From positions 1,417,935-1,481,934 of the forward strand of contig CM082588.2 of assembly GCA_040954595.2 (NCBI GenBank): 64,000 nt of DNA, given 5' to 3'. Numbering within the stretch: the first letter of the stretch is position 1; every line of letters starts with the position of its first letter. This document shows, piece after piece, positions 52,901 through 64,000 of this stretch. The DNA comes from Balanoglossus misakiensis (Eukaryota > Animalia > Hemichordata). The position numbers were made by a program, and so were the translations under genes. The notes under the pieces were generated by a model. The model searched no databases, was not told the DNA's origin, and saw only the letters and a program-made list of their open reading frames with translations.

Positions 52901-55147
52901 AGCCCTATAAATCTAAAAAGTACAATACTCAGGGGCATGACGACACACACAGCCAAAGCACAAGCAACAGCTTTCACACTACCTGCAAATGCATCATGTC
53001 CATCGCTTCTATGCGTATCACCTCAATTATGAAAGCCGGATATTCAAACATGAAAGCCAGTATCGGTATTTAATATTTGAATAAAAATCATTGCATGCCT
53101 GCATACAATTTAACACAACAGCTGGTGATAGATTACCATATAAAGATCCGTTATTATATATTTAACATAATTTATTAATATTATTTTTTTCACAAGAAAT
53201 AGGCAAATTTATCAATTTCCAATGCTGAATAAATTGTCCTCTTGTTAAAATTTCAAAGCAGATTTAAAATTAGGATTTTGCGGTATCTGGAATTACACTA
53301 AGGCTGGGTATTCTATCATGGCAGAGAATAGCCACTAGCAGAAGTTGACAATTTATACACCTTGAATTATACTAATGATCTGAACAGACATCACATGTGA
53401 CGCTGAACTTAACACCAGAGGGCAGTATTATGTTAGTGCAGCATCAATCTGATTGAAATGAGCTGTAGTGATAGGTGTCATCTTCATCTTTACTTAGTCT
53501 TGCTACAATTAAATATCATAGAAGAAACACTACCTTTTTGTTCAATCTTGTCTGTGATGTCTGTTTTGCTCTTCTTTTCTTTGCCTTCTGTTTCTCAATA
53601 TACTCTTCGATGAGATCTTCACATGATAACAGATTGTCTCTCGGTTCCCACGTGTCTTCTTCCGGACCATAGTTTTGCCATCGCACTTTGAATAACATTT
53701 TCCCCTGCAAAGGTTATCCACACAGAAATGAAAATAAGAATGTTGATTTTTGTCATCTTACAAAAATGGTAAAACCTTCACAACAGTAACAGTTATCATT
53801 TTTTAACTTATAGTAAAGACTAAATCTAATTCCCAGAGAATATTTAGCCATGGCTAGATCCTCGATAAATTTAACATATGTACAGTTCACCTCATTTAAA
53901 CTCTAACAAAGAAAGAGCCGATCAGATATAAGGTCAATGCCCTCACTCTACAAGGCCAAGCCCTATATTGATCTTGGAACTCAATATTTTCATATCCTCT
54001 TAACTACCACTCCCAAGGTCACCTTTAAGGACAGTTGATGCCGCCTTTGGAAGCAGACAGGCATAAAACTAGAGTGACTAACGCAACAAATTATATGTAA
54101 CTTGCTTTATCTTTCATTGCCATGGAGCTCACAACCGCAGTGAGTTAACCTTTTGACCCTCCCATTTCCCTGTATACGAAACCGACAATACTTGAGGTGA
54201 TCAAGGAAGACAGCAGGCTCCACATTGACCGGCATGAGAGTGAACACATGTTCAGCAAGGTACAATGCAACCGTACTTGAACATTGACAGTAATTCATTC
54301 TTACTTTGGAACTTCTAGAATGGGAGTACTATACCTTGAAATGGATTAACAAACTGTTAGGAATGCACTATTCTTCAAAACTGGAAAGATGAGATTGATT
54401 AATTCATAATACTCATCTGGCTGTTAGCGTTGAATTAAATTATTTATTTTTTAGTTAATAAATAAATCAATTAATTAATTAATTTGTGGTGACGCAGCTG
54501 TACCGTAGGGGGGGGGGGGGTAATCAGCACCCCCCCCCCAACTGTCAACTGCGTTAACATACATAAACATGCTTAGCATTTTGTACAGATGTTGTCCCCG
54601 TTTGTTTGGTAGTGCCTATGGTATGTTTTGTTTGTGCAAGGCTGTGACCTGACGCCGGCCCCGGTGCACAGCGGACTATAAACAACAGCGGGTTGAACTT
54701 ACACGAACTCACATCATAATCTCAATGAGTCGATGGTTTGTTTATGATCACAGCTCTACGCATGAAACTACGCTGGAGATGAAGATTCTCTGACCAGTGT
54801 GACATACATGTACCTTGCGTCTTGTGGAAAAATAACTGACTGTCTCCCAAGAAAATGCGTGCAGCGTAACAATGTACACATGAATACGAACGTCGTCTCG
54901 GCATTGCAAATCAGATTGAAATGAACACCGGGCTCGCTTCACTAGATTTGTCAAAATGCATTAATCGGCAGTCGGGGTATTCGCAAGGAAAATCAGTGTT
55001 AACAGAAATACTTACGTCATGCATCATCATACCGACGACTCGGTCTACTTCAAAGATGTTGTCGTCGTCAGAAAAAACATTGTCTTCGCCGGAACCTTCA
55101 TTCGTTGCACCTTCCTCCATCACTTCAACCTCTTGGTTGGACGCCAT
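46940..55147 (-). CDS. MPHOSPH8: M-phase phosphoprotein 8 (MPP8): chromodomain, acidic/basic linker, ankyrin repeats and C-terminal beta domain; about 865 aa
   Basis: Exons 55016-55147, 53534-53704, 50349-51038, 49477-50092, 48803-48895, 48431-48660, 48163-48249, 47883-48037, 47605-47762, 47341-47468, 47118-47201, 46940-46993. Chromodomain IFEVDRVV...FKVRWQNYGPEEDTWEPRDNL. Ankyrins FRQAVKDGNY...DSSGLTLVM...KQKNGTTALM...TGETALMKACKKG. The C-terminus GVGTLLFLIH...KLTGPC...CKLLVCGYILQL resembles the MPP8 C-terminus. Confidence 0.9.
54491..54555. repeat. Imperfect inverted repeat (G13/C10 stem hairpin) in MPP8 intron 1
   Basis: gacgcagctgtaccgta-G13-t aatcagc a-C10-aactgtcaactgcgtt. Confidence 0.75.
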
Positions 55148-55319
55148 CTTAGAGCAATAGCCTCGTTATCGATTTGGGCATTTAATTTTTTTTTGTAAAG
55201 CAATCTCTAGGTGGCGCTGTTTATGATGATTTCCATTGAATATACAGTGCGTAATTTACTGGTATTATTAATAAACCTCTCGTCGAACACAATTATTATA
55301 CGTCGAGCTATGATTTAAC
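55148..55319. promoter_or_regulatory. Bidirectional promoter between MPHOSPH8 and GAL3ST, with a CTCF-like motif at 55204-55219
   Basis: The divergent ATGs at 55147 (-) and 55320 (+) are separated by 172 bp. TCTCTAGGTGGCGCTG resembles the CTCF core consensus. Confidence 0.6.
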
Positions 55320-57179
55320 ATGGACAAGCGATTGTTTGGCTGTGCCTTCCACCCAGCTGCTCAAGCCAGGAACCTCACCTTCGCTAACCAAGGTATGTTT
55401 ATTTCAGTCAGGGGTACCCCCCGGGGGAACCCCCCAAAAGGAAGACTATTTAAGCCTAAGATACTGCCACGACGAGCAAGCCGTGCGAACCGGACAATGC
55501 CCAACCTGATCGATAAACAAAAACGTTTTACTTGTCCGTATGCTTGCCAACAATCCTTGGGAGAACACCGTTAATGATGTTATACGTGCATATGTCAATT
55601 TCCGGACTTCCCAAACACACAGCACTAACTGATATGTTCCCCACTGTTTTTATTTTCCACAGGGATACTGCAGGGTCACATTTGTACCTGGGACGATTCA
55701 ATTGGAACCTTTCACACTGGTGGTAATGATTGGAACTGAAATTACATGCGAGGGTTCTGTGCTTTGACCAGAGTTCAGAATTCACCCAAGATGGAAGTGG
55801 GTGCCAGGTCCTATTTCAAGTGTAAGTCACAGTTTCATACACTAGAAGGCTTTGGCCTTCAGAACACCCATATAGCTTTTGACTTTTTTTAATTGCATTT
55901 GGCTTACCCCACATGTACCAACTTGTATGCACATGTACCAATTTTCATCTAATGGGAACACTGTCCTTGGATGGTAATTTTTCCATGACAGTAATCATAC
56001 CCTGTTTTTCTTTATTGCAGCTTCGATTCTTCTGACGTTACTATTTGTTTTGATTTCTGTACTTTACGTGATGTGGACGCAGGCATGGTACAAACATGTG
56101 TTCAACACTCGGTACCAGTACCAGTAAGTCATAACATGATAGCTTATCTTACTGTCCTCCTTGTGAAACATAATCAGCATTGCATGACATGTTCTGTTTG
56201 TTTCACTAGACCGGTTTCAAATGGAGAGGGGACCACTTGTCAGCCGGTGAGCAATTTTGTCTTCATAAAGTGCAGAAAGACTGGCGGAAGTACTACAACA
56301 GATTTGTTGTTCAGATACGGAATGAAGAGGGGTCTGACACCAGTTCTGGCCTCGAAGATTAAGTCCTTCATCACTGTGGCTTCGGACAACACCCCAGATA
56401 TTGTACAGTACAGATGCCCATCTTTTGCTGGATACAACTATATTGCAAATCACATGCAGTACAACAGGGCTGTGATGGATGAACTTGTGCCCAATGCAAA
56501 GTTTATCACCATCCTGCGATCTCCATACCAGCAGTTCCATTCTGCATTTTATTGGTATGGCTACTACGACAGGCTCAAATCGAAGAGTTCAGCTAGTCCT
56601 TTTGTCACTTTTTTCAAACCAGAAAACAAGAGGAAATTTATGCGAAAAAGTACCACAAGAAGCCTGAGTGGCATCAAAAATGGCCAGATTTGGATGTTAG
56701 GACTCGATTACGAGCACCATGACAACGAAACTGCCATTGATGTAAAAATCAAGGAACTGGATGAAGAACTGGATTTAGTGATGCTGCTGGAATATTATGA
56801 CGAGTCTTTGGTGTTGCTTCAGAAGTTGTTATGTTTGGATGATGAGGATATGTATTACTTTGTGAGTAAAGCTCACCAGGACCAGCAAGAGCCCCTTCCC
56901 TTTAGTGTCAGAGCCGACATTGAGGAATGGAACCATGCAGATTTCAAATTGTACGATCATTTCAATCGGACCTTCTGGGAAAAGGTCAGGAGCTATCCTG
57001 GTGATTTTGAAGAGGACCTCCGAAGCCTGCGACAACGACAAATAAGGGTCATGGCCATGTGTGAAAACGAAAATTCCAAGAGTAAATTTTGTCATGATTT
57101 AAAATTGGACAACAAAGATCTCAGGACAAAAGCCTTTCACAAACAAGAGGCATTGTGTCAGTCTCCTGAAAACTCATAA
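55320..57179 (+). CDS. Galactose-3-O-sulfotransferase (GAL3ST / cerebroside sulfotransferase family), type II Golgi membrane protein, about 381 aa
   Basis: Exons 55320-55392, 56021-56123 (TM anchor SILLTLLFVLISVLYVMW) and 56210-57179, phase-consistent. 5'-PAPS-binding motif FVFIKCRKTGGSTT..LLFRYG, 3'-phosphate-binding motif FITILRSPYQQFHSAFYWY, plus LDLVMLLEYYDESLVLL and WNHADFKLYDHFNRTFW. Confidence 0.88.
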
Positions 57180-57968
57180 ATAATACATCAAAGAATTCCG
57201 GAAGTTTTTTGTATGAAGGTTCAGCTTGGATTTTTACTTGTTTATTCTGTAATACGAGGTTTATTAAAGGCCTGGATGTGGCATGTTTTAAGGAATATAT
57301 TTGTCATTATTTGTAGACATAAATAAATAAATGTTTGCGCACTAATGCGCCCTCAACAGTTTAGCAAAGAAGCACCATGAAGTCAGAGTCATCAGAGTGC
57401 CTTCGGTCGTTGAGGGCGCACACTCAATCAGTGGAGGAGTCTCTCAGTGCAGGTGGCGATGAGTACTAGTACAGTATTTGCCACAAAAGAGGCGTATTTA
57501 TGATGCCATTGATGAAATGATGTATATGTACAGTTTTTGGGTGAATCTACACTCTGTGAGAAAAACGGCAACCTAGCATTTTCCGTTTTTATTCAAGGAT
57601 GACTTAACTACAGATATAACAAAAAAAAAAGAGATAAAGCCAACTTTTCTCTTTTGGATCCACACGGTGTTCAGAGGCACGTCAGTCCTCTCATACTCTT
57701 GGCACAAGTGCCTGATTATTTGCAGCATATTTACAGTCTATGGTAAGAATAGTAGTCGATCATTATATGGAGGATATGAATTAATTTGGCAAGTTTGCTC
57801 AAAGTGCACACCCAACTCACTTTCGCAAGTCGCATAGTTTTAGAGACATTTAAAATAACGCCAATATATGATAGTCATAACTAACATAAAGTCGTATTTC
57901 TACATCTATGGCCAGAATTCTGTCATCTATCTTTCACTTATGATGCCCAATGTTTCCATATGAGACGA

Positions 57969-60900
57969 TCAACTACAAAAATACAAGAATCCTTCTCGTT
58001 CTGTTAATTCCGAAGCATGATAAATAGCGCCGAATAACTCGCAACGTTTGCTTTCGTCATCAAGTTCATGTTCGACGTTGAAACTCGCGCATTCTGGAAA
58101 AGAAAGGCACGCTTGCGCACAGGCGATGGGTGATGAGACAGTGGTGACTTGAAGGGGTCTGCCTGGAGCTGTCATTCCTTCAGCTTCAAGAGAAAAGTAT
58201 CCAGATCTGTAGGCGGCCGTTCTTGTGAGAGTCTCAGTTGGGAAATCTGCAATAAAACCACACAAGAATTGTACCTCACTAGGGTTTCAATATAAATTTG
58301 TTCATGTTGAGGATAATTCAAACATATTGATTTGATTGTAATGAGAATACATTAATAAACACGAATATGAAAAGTACATATCTGTTATTTCATTACCTGT
58401 TGAAGAAGGGATCCGAGTTGTAGGGTACTGTTCGGTAGTGGGAGGTTCAGTTTGGGTTTGTGGTCGACTTGTCTTGGCTGTAGGTGGTTGCACAGTTGTT
58501 AGTGTCGGACCTGATGACATTTGCTGGTTTGTGGAGATTGGCATCGTTTCTGATATTGCTGGCACAGAAATAGTTGATGACCCAGTTGCAACTGAATATG
58601 TTGCCATGGTAGTGGTTGGCGATTCTGTTGTCATGGTTGTGGTTGGCGATTCTGTTGTCATGGTTGTGGTTGGCGATTCTGTTGTCATGGTTGTGGTTGG
58701 CGATTCTGTTGTCAAGGTTGTGGTTGGCGATTCTGTTGTCATGGTTGTGGTTGGCGATTCTGTTGTCATGGTTGTGGTTGGCGATTCTGTTGTCATCGTT
58801 GTGGTTGGTGGTTGTGTTGTCATGGTTGTGGTTGGCGATTCTGTTGTCATGGTTGTGGTTGGCGATTCTGTTGTCAAGGTTGTGGTTGGCGATTCTGTTG
58901 TCATGGTTGTGGTTGGCGATTCTGTTGTCATGGTTGTGGTTGGCGATTCTGTTGTCATGGTTGTGGTTGGTGGTTGTGTTGTCATGGTTGTGGTTGGCGA
59001 TTCTGTTGTCATGGTTGTGGTTGGCGATTCTGTTGTCATGGTTGTTGTTGGTGAGTGTGTTGTCACAGTTGTGGTTGGCGATTCTGTTGTCATGGTTGTG
59101 GTTGGTGCTTCTGTTGTCATGGTTGTGGTTGGCGATTCTGTTGTCATGGTTGTGGTTGGTGCTTCTGTTGTCACGATTGTGGTTGGCGATTCTGTTGTCA
59201 TGGTTGTGGTTGGTGGTGCTTCTGAAATTTTGACAGGAGTATAAATATAATCAAAACATGGTTGGGCCACAGGTTGACATGAAACAGCTATTTTTTCAAA
59301 CGAACAACTTTAAGACATATGTGGAACCTTGAAGCCCACACACAAAGGTTGCAGCTACCGAATGAAATCGGACAAACAATTTTCAAGCCTGTAGTAATAG
59401 CTTATCACTGTGCAAGAGCAATTTCAGAAAAATCTTGCAATGTTTTAAGGTTTTTGAAGAAGAAAACTTTTTAAAAAGAGAGGAAAACGCCCTTTCCATG
59501 AGTTTTTCACTGCAGCACAAATGGTAAAATTTTGTTACAGTGTATCAAATTTTCTAATGCAGGCGCGGCACGTGATCCGGCCAGAATCCTGCGTTTAGGA
59601 TGAGGTAGATACTAGTCAAATAGCTAATTAAACGATGAAAGGTTGACTGTCATGATTCTTTGTATTTTTATCATCATACAGGACTTATATTGTGATTTCT
59701 GAGACGGTCTGAGAAGTGTCTGCTGTGGATCTACGAGGAGAGCTCAGGTCAACACCATGGCAACGTACTTTACGCAGCTATCCCATCAACGATCTTCACA
59801 TCAACCAAAGACGGAAGCCTGTCCCATCAGCTGTGAGAAGTTTATCTGATTTTACAGCATTATTCAAGTCTTATAAACCCTAGTAAAAGGTTAGTTGATA
59901 CTCGGAATCACTCTACTGCCGCTGCGAGCAGTTTTCGTTCGAACCTGGATCGTAGACATGGTAAAAAGGCAAAGTAAATTTTCGCTTTTGAACGCAACTC
60001 GTTGATCTTGTTCGGCGTGGGTGCTTCTCGATTTTCTTGGGTCGGAAAAAAAGTGGAAACTGGGATATTACCGTGTCCCAGGAATACTGGTAAAACTCTA
60101 ACTGAAACTCAGAGACACCCCAAAGGTATGGGTTTGGTTTTATTGGTCGTGCTGGGTGTGTAAGGGGGTTAAAAACTGCGTTCTGACGAATTTTCCGTGA
60201 ATTTTCCATGATCGCAACTGGTTACGTGACGTGGACGCGGACGCGCGCGCGCGGCCGCGTGGGTCATGAAATGAACACCGCTGCGTCTAGTGCACGTGCT
60301 ATCGATGTGCACTGTTATTTCGCGTCGTTTTTTTGCTGAATTAGTTGTTAGACATTCGTATTTACGTGCTAGTTGGAAAAGCTAGGAAGTTTGCGAGGTT
60401 CTGAGTCTGTTTTTGATCGCGTTCCACATTTTCTGGAGTATTTTTCGGAAATGGAATGATGTTTTGAGCAGTGATCAGCGCGTGCGAGGTATGTTCTCTT
60501 CTTGCTAATTTCTTGGAAAATTTTCTGATTTTAATTTTTGGGTTAAGTGGTTTAGATGTCTTGGATGGCCTCCAATTGGAAAGTAGATATCAATTATACT
60601 TGTGATACAAAAAACATAAGAACTTCAACAGGGGTGGGTAAAAAAGTAATAGGGTACTAACATAGAAGAGAGAAATAAGGGAGATAAAGCAAGTCAAAAA
60701 GGTCTACATTTTACATATCTATTGGCCACAACTTTTATAATTTGATATGTTTCAGGTCTGAAGTGTATTGTTAACCATTTTTCTTCACAATCATGACAGG
60801 TTGCATGCCTTTATTAAAATTTACCATAGACCATTGGCAGGGAATGTGACATTTTGCAAACAATAGCTATAGGGAGGGTCACATTTTACCAATGGGGGAT

Positions 60901-62081
60901 GGGGATTGTGATATATTATGTGACCAGCGGACCCTCCTTATAGTAAATGAAAGCTCCATAATGTGCCAGGAATTTTTCATATACACAGGTGTTTCCTATA
61001 GGTTTATGTTGACATTTGAAGCTATAACATCACCAATTTTGAACTTACCTACTGGTGTGTCTGATTTACAGATGAAATTCATCGGATATAACTCACACAA
61101 ACTGTCTGAGTACTCGCACGAAAGACTCATCAATATACAGTTTTCATATTCTCCTCCATTTGGCTCGGCCGGCAACCACCCTTCAGCTGGAAGCCATGGT
61201 AAGAATGTAACAACATCGCCCTCTATAGTCACATATGTACCCTCATTGTCTTTATCAGTGATACCCAACCATACACTGGAATAAACACACACACACTATC
61301 ATTAATTAAGTGCATTAATGGACATATATCCTTGTCATATGCGTGACTTTTATCTTTGAAGATGTTGAATTAAAATAACACAATCCCTTCTATGCTTATA
61401 TATGGCTAAATGGTGTGTTTAAAGACTCTTAATGATCATGTGGGGCGCTCTTTTATCGCATGACCACCCACGTGAAAATTTGCGATTCTGGTTAAATTTG
61501 CATGCGTGGCTGTATGATTTTGATCAATGTCAACTTCTGACTTAAATCTTGTGTGAAAAAAACGAGGACATGGGGATATTACCGTGAAGGATTGTCAAAA
61601 TAATTATTTCCATAATCTCCAAGTGCCGTGCATTCGCTGGAATCATCAATGGTTGCAAGTCGTCCAAAGTTCATCGTTTGACAGTAGCTATCCGCTTGAC
61701 TCCACGACTTGTGTAAATCCACAAAAGTGTAATAGGATCCGCCGTACTCCATAAACTCAAAGTCCGCTGCAAATTTGAAAGCATGTTATGATTTTATCAC
61801 ATGATAAAAAATTTGAAATTTTGACAATAATTAATCTGTGTTAGTTATCGAAAGTTGAAATTTGGTAATTCTAACATTCGAAGTGGTTCCATTTGAAGAT
61901 TCCGTTCCGTGCTACGCAGGTTGGGAAGTGTTCCAATTGTGAAGAATTCACCTCTACAACACTTGATTTTCCCTGAACAGGATATGTGTGATTAATTACT
62001 GACTTAAAAACCTGTGAACCTACCTGTATGTACAGGTTGACTGATATGTATCAAAACAATGATCCCAAGATATACAGTCAT
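57969..62081 (-). CDS. Secreted C-type lectin domain + Thr-rich mucin repeat + PAN/apple domain protein, about 523 aa
   Basis: Exons 62024-62081 (signal peptide MTVYLGIIVLIHISQPVHT; in-frame upstream ATG at 62114), 61583-61766 (SWSQADSYC...LATID), 61049-61275 (VWLGITD...EPNGGEYENC...FICK), 58397-59221 (TTESPTTTM repeats) and 57969-58246 (CAQACLSFPECASFN...CELF, PAN). Splice phases 1/2/1/1 are consistent. Confidence 0.8.
58604..59221 (-). repeat. Coding 27-bp minisatellite, about 23 units (TTESPTTTM)
   Basis: The plus-strand unit GTTGTGGTTGGCGATTCTGTTGTCATG is repeated with few variants. Confidence 0.95.
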
Positions 62082-64000
62082 AGCTGTTGCAGAATGGTGC
62101 CGGATTATACCCATACTGTGATTGTTACACCTTGTGTAGTCACTAAAGTCTAGTTTTCCACTAACCCGCTTGTCGACTTTTGTTTCAGTGCGTATCAAGT
62201 TTCTTGACCAATCGCGCTTGCTGTTTGAAGTGGATAGCAGAGCACACAACGCAGACGAAAACATCCATCATTGCTCAAAATCGATCGATTAGATTCAGCA
62301 GATGGTATTTCGTAGAAACATGAAATGATTTCCCATGCATTAGCGAAGTTATTTCCGAAATGCAAAGTACAGAAGCTGGACAATGCGGCAAGGAAACACT
62401 TTGTAAGCATCTGAAAAACCTCTTTGTGTCGCTGTGTTCATTTGATACTGGAAAACAGGAACAGCCAAGAGTCAATTTTTAATTATTCCTTTATTGCATG
62501 TCTGTGCCTCTGTGGAATTAATATAGTGACCGACTTGTCCATTTATAACACGGTTTGCTGAAGGGGTGTGCTTTGCAATATTTACCACACACATTGTTTG
62601 CTTTTAAAGCATACTACTTGGCAACAGGCAGGCACAACAATTTCAACCGGATGTATCTATGGCAACCCAGACAAGGAAGTGTAAACACTTTTGGTAGAAA
62701 TAATATGATGCTGACAACAAAAACAGAATAATTAGATCTTTGTACTTTCTATTCAGCTTTGTGTAGTACAATCCAAAATGTGGATCAGTTTGCAAAATTT
62801 TCCATTGAGATTGATAGTTGTCACAAGTTATTTGAACTTCTGATTTTCCGAAATAAGTAACGGAAGTGGCGCAAAAAACAAGACTCATTGAATTTTACAA
62901 ATGCCAACAATATAGTCTTGTATTATTTCCGTGTTTTTATTGTCACCATGGTAATTGGCCACCATAGTTACTTCGCATCAAAATCATCCGTGATATCACT
63001 GTTCGGTATTTTTTCACGGTCCTGTGATATTTCTTTTGACATCAGAACTTGATCACTTTCACTTTTTTTTGTTTATCAAATTCGTCTCACCACTTTCAAG
63101 ATGAAAGTATCTTGTCAGATGATGATGGTGTGTTCTTTAACCAAAACAGGTGAAGAATTGAAACATGAAGAGGCTGACGTGAACCACTGGTTTTTCCTGG
63201 ATTTTGGAGAACTTGGTCAAAATTTTCAGGACTTCATGCTGAAAGAAACTCCCACTTCTTCACGTTTACCAAAGTCTGACCCATCCGTCAAGCAACAGGT
63301 GAGCATACACCGCCCTTTTATACTTTTGTATGATTACAGTTTATAACCCCCAAAACAAGATGGCATCTCTGCACATTCATGCCACATGAAAAACCATAAA
63401 ACCATAAAACCTACAGAGAACATCGTCCATAACACTAAATTGTTCTGGGGAGTGTTAATTGTAATCATACCCTGATATAAATGTAATTTTTCATTTGTCC
63501 GAAATATCAGAAAATAATTATTCGACAATCAAGATATTTCTTTCATGTACTCTAGTTTATTTCAACGCAAACTTTAATAGGCTATTTCCAAACTTTACAT
63601 CCTTATGTCACACACGATGAATAACACATGGCGAATTAAACTGCACTAAAGTTAGAATTTAGCTAAACTGTGCACCAATTCTATTTTCATACAAAGCCTG
63701 ACTTGTATAACTAGGCTAGCAATCCGTTGCTATGGCAATTGGTCATGTCTGGCGAGATCTCGCAATTAAATTATGTTGGAAATGTTTGGTTAGGTTAAAT
63801 ACAGTGAAGGAAGGACAATGAAATGGCTGAAGTACAAGTTCCGTGGACATTATATCTGCTCTTTGTAGTTTATTAGTTGTGATGGTTTGTTTGCCGTTTC
63901 CACGTGGCTGTATACTGGAACAGTATGGGAATGAAATCACCCTTATTTATTACCGTACATGTGTGTATCGAATACGTTCATCAATACGTTTGCAGCTGCA

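Noticed and set aside
58438-59244. Plus-strand ORFs with Val-rich, WLWLAILLS or Cys-rich repeats
   Set aside because: They are antisense or frame shadows of the 27-bp mucin repeat. Only the minus-strand TTESP frame has matching splice sites and phase.

Overview
Eukaryotic, intron-rich, AT-rich genomic DNA from a metazoan. The short introns and gene content suggest an invertebrate deuterostome, but this is an impression and not a proven assignment. I reconstructed seven spliced genes by hand from splice sites and exon-phase consistency. They are: the 5' part of a ROS1/sevenless receptor tyrosine kinase (-, runs off the left edge); YRDC/Sua5 (+); a HUNK-like kinase (-); TTK/Mps1 (-); a full-length MPHOSPH8/MPP8 (-, chromodomain + ankyrin + C-terminal domain); a galactose-3-O-sulfotransferase (+); and a secreted C-type lectin-mucin-PAN protein (-). 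No rRNA, tRNA, CRISPR array or autonomous transposon is visible. I do not see a clear-cut new multi-gene system. The best leads are an apparently non-vertebrate full-length MPP8 (HUSH subunit), a 172-bp head-to-head MPP8/GAL3ST spacer, an extra Pro-rich TTK tail with D-box and WH2-like motifs, two in-frame YRDC start codons, a GC-AG intron and a furin site in ROS1, possible YRDC/HUNK 3'UTR overlap, and several hairpins and motif clusters. Comparisons with human proteins are from memory and need alignment to confirm.
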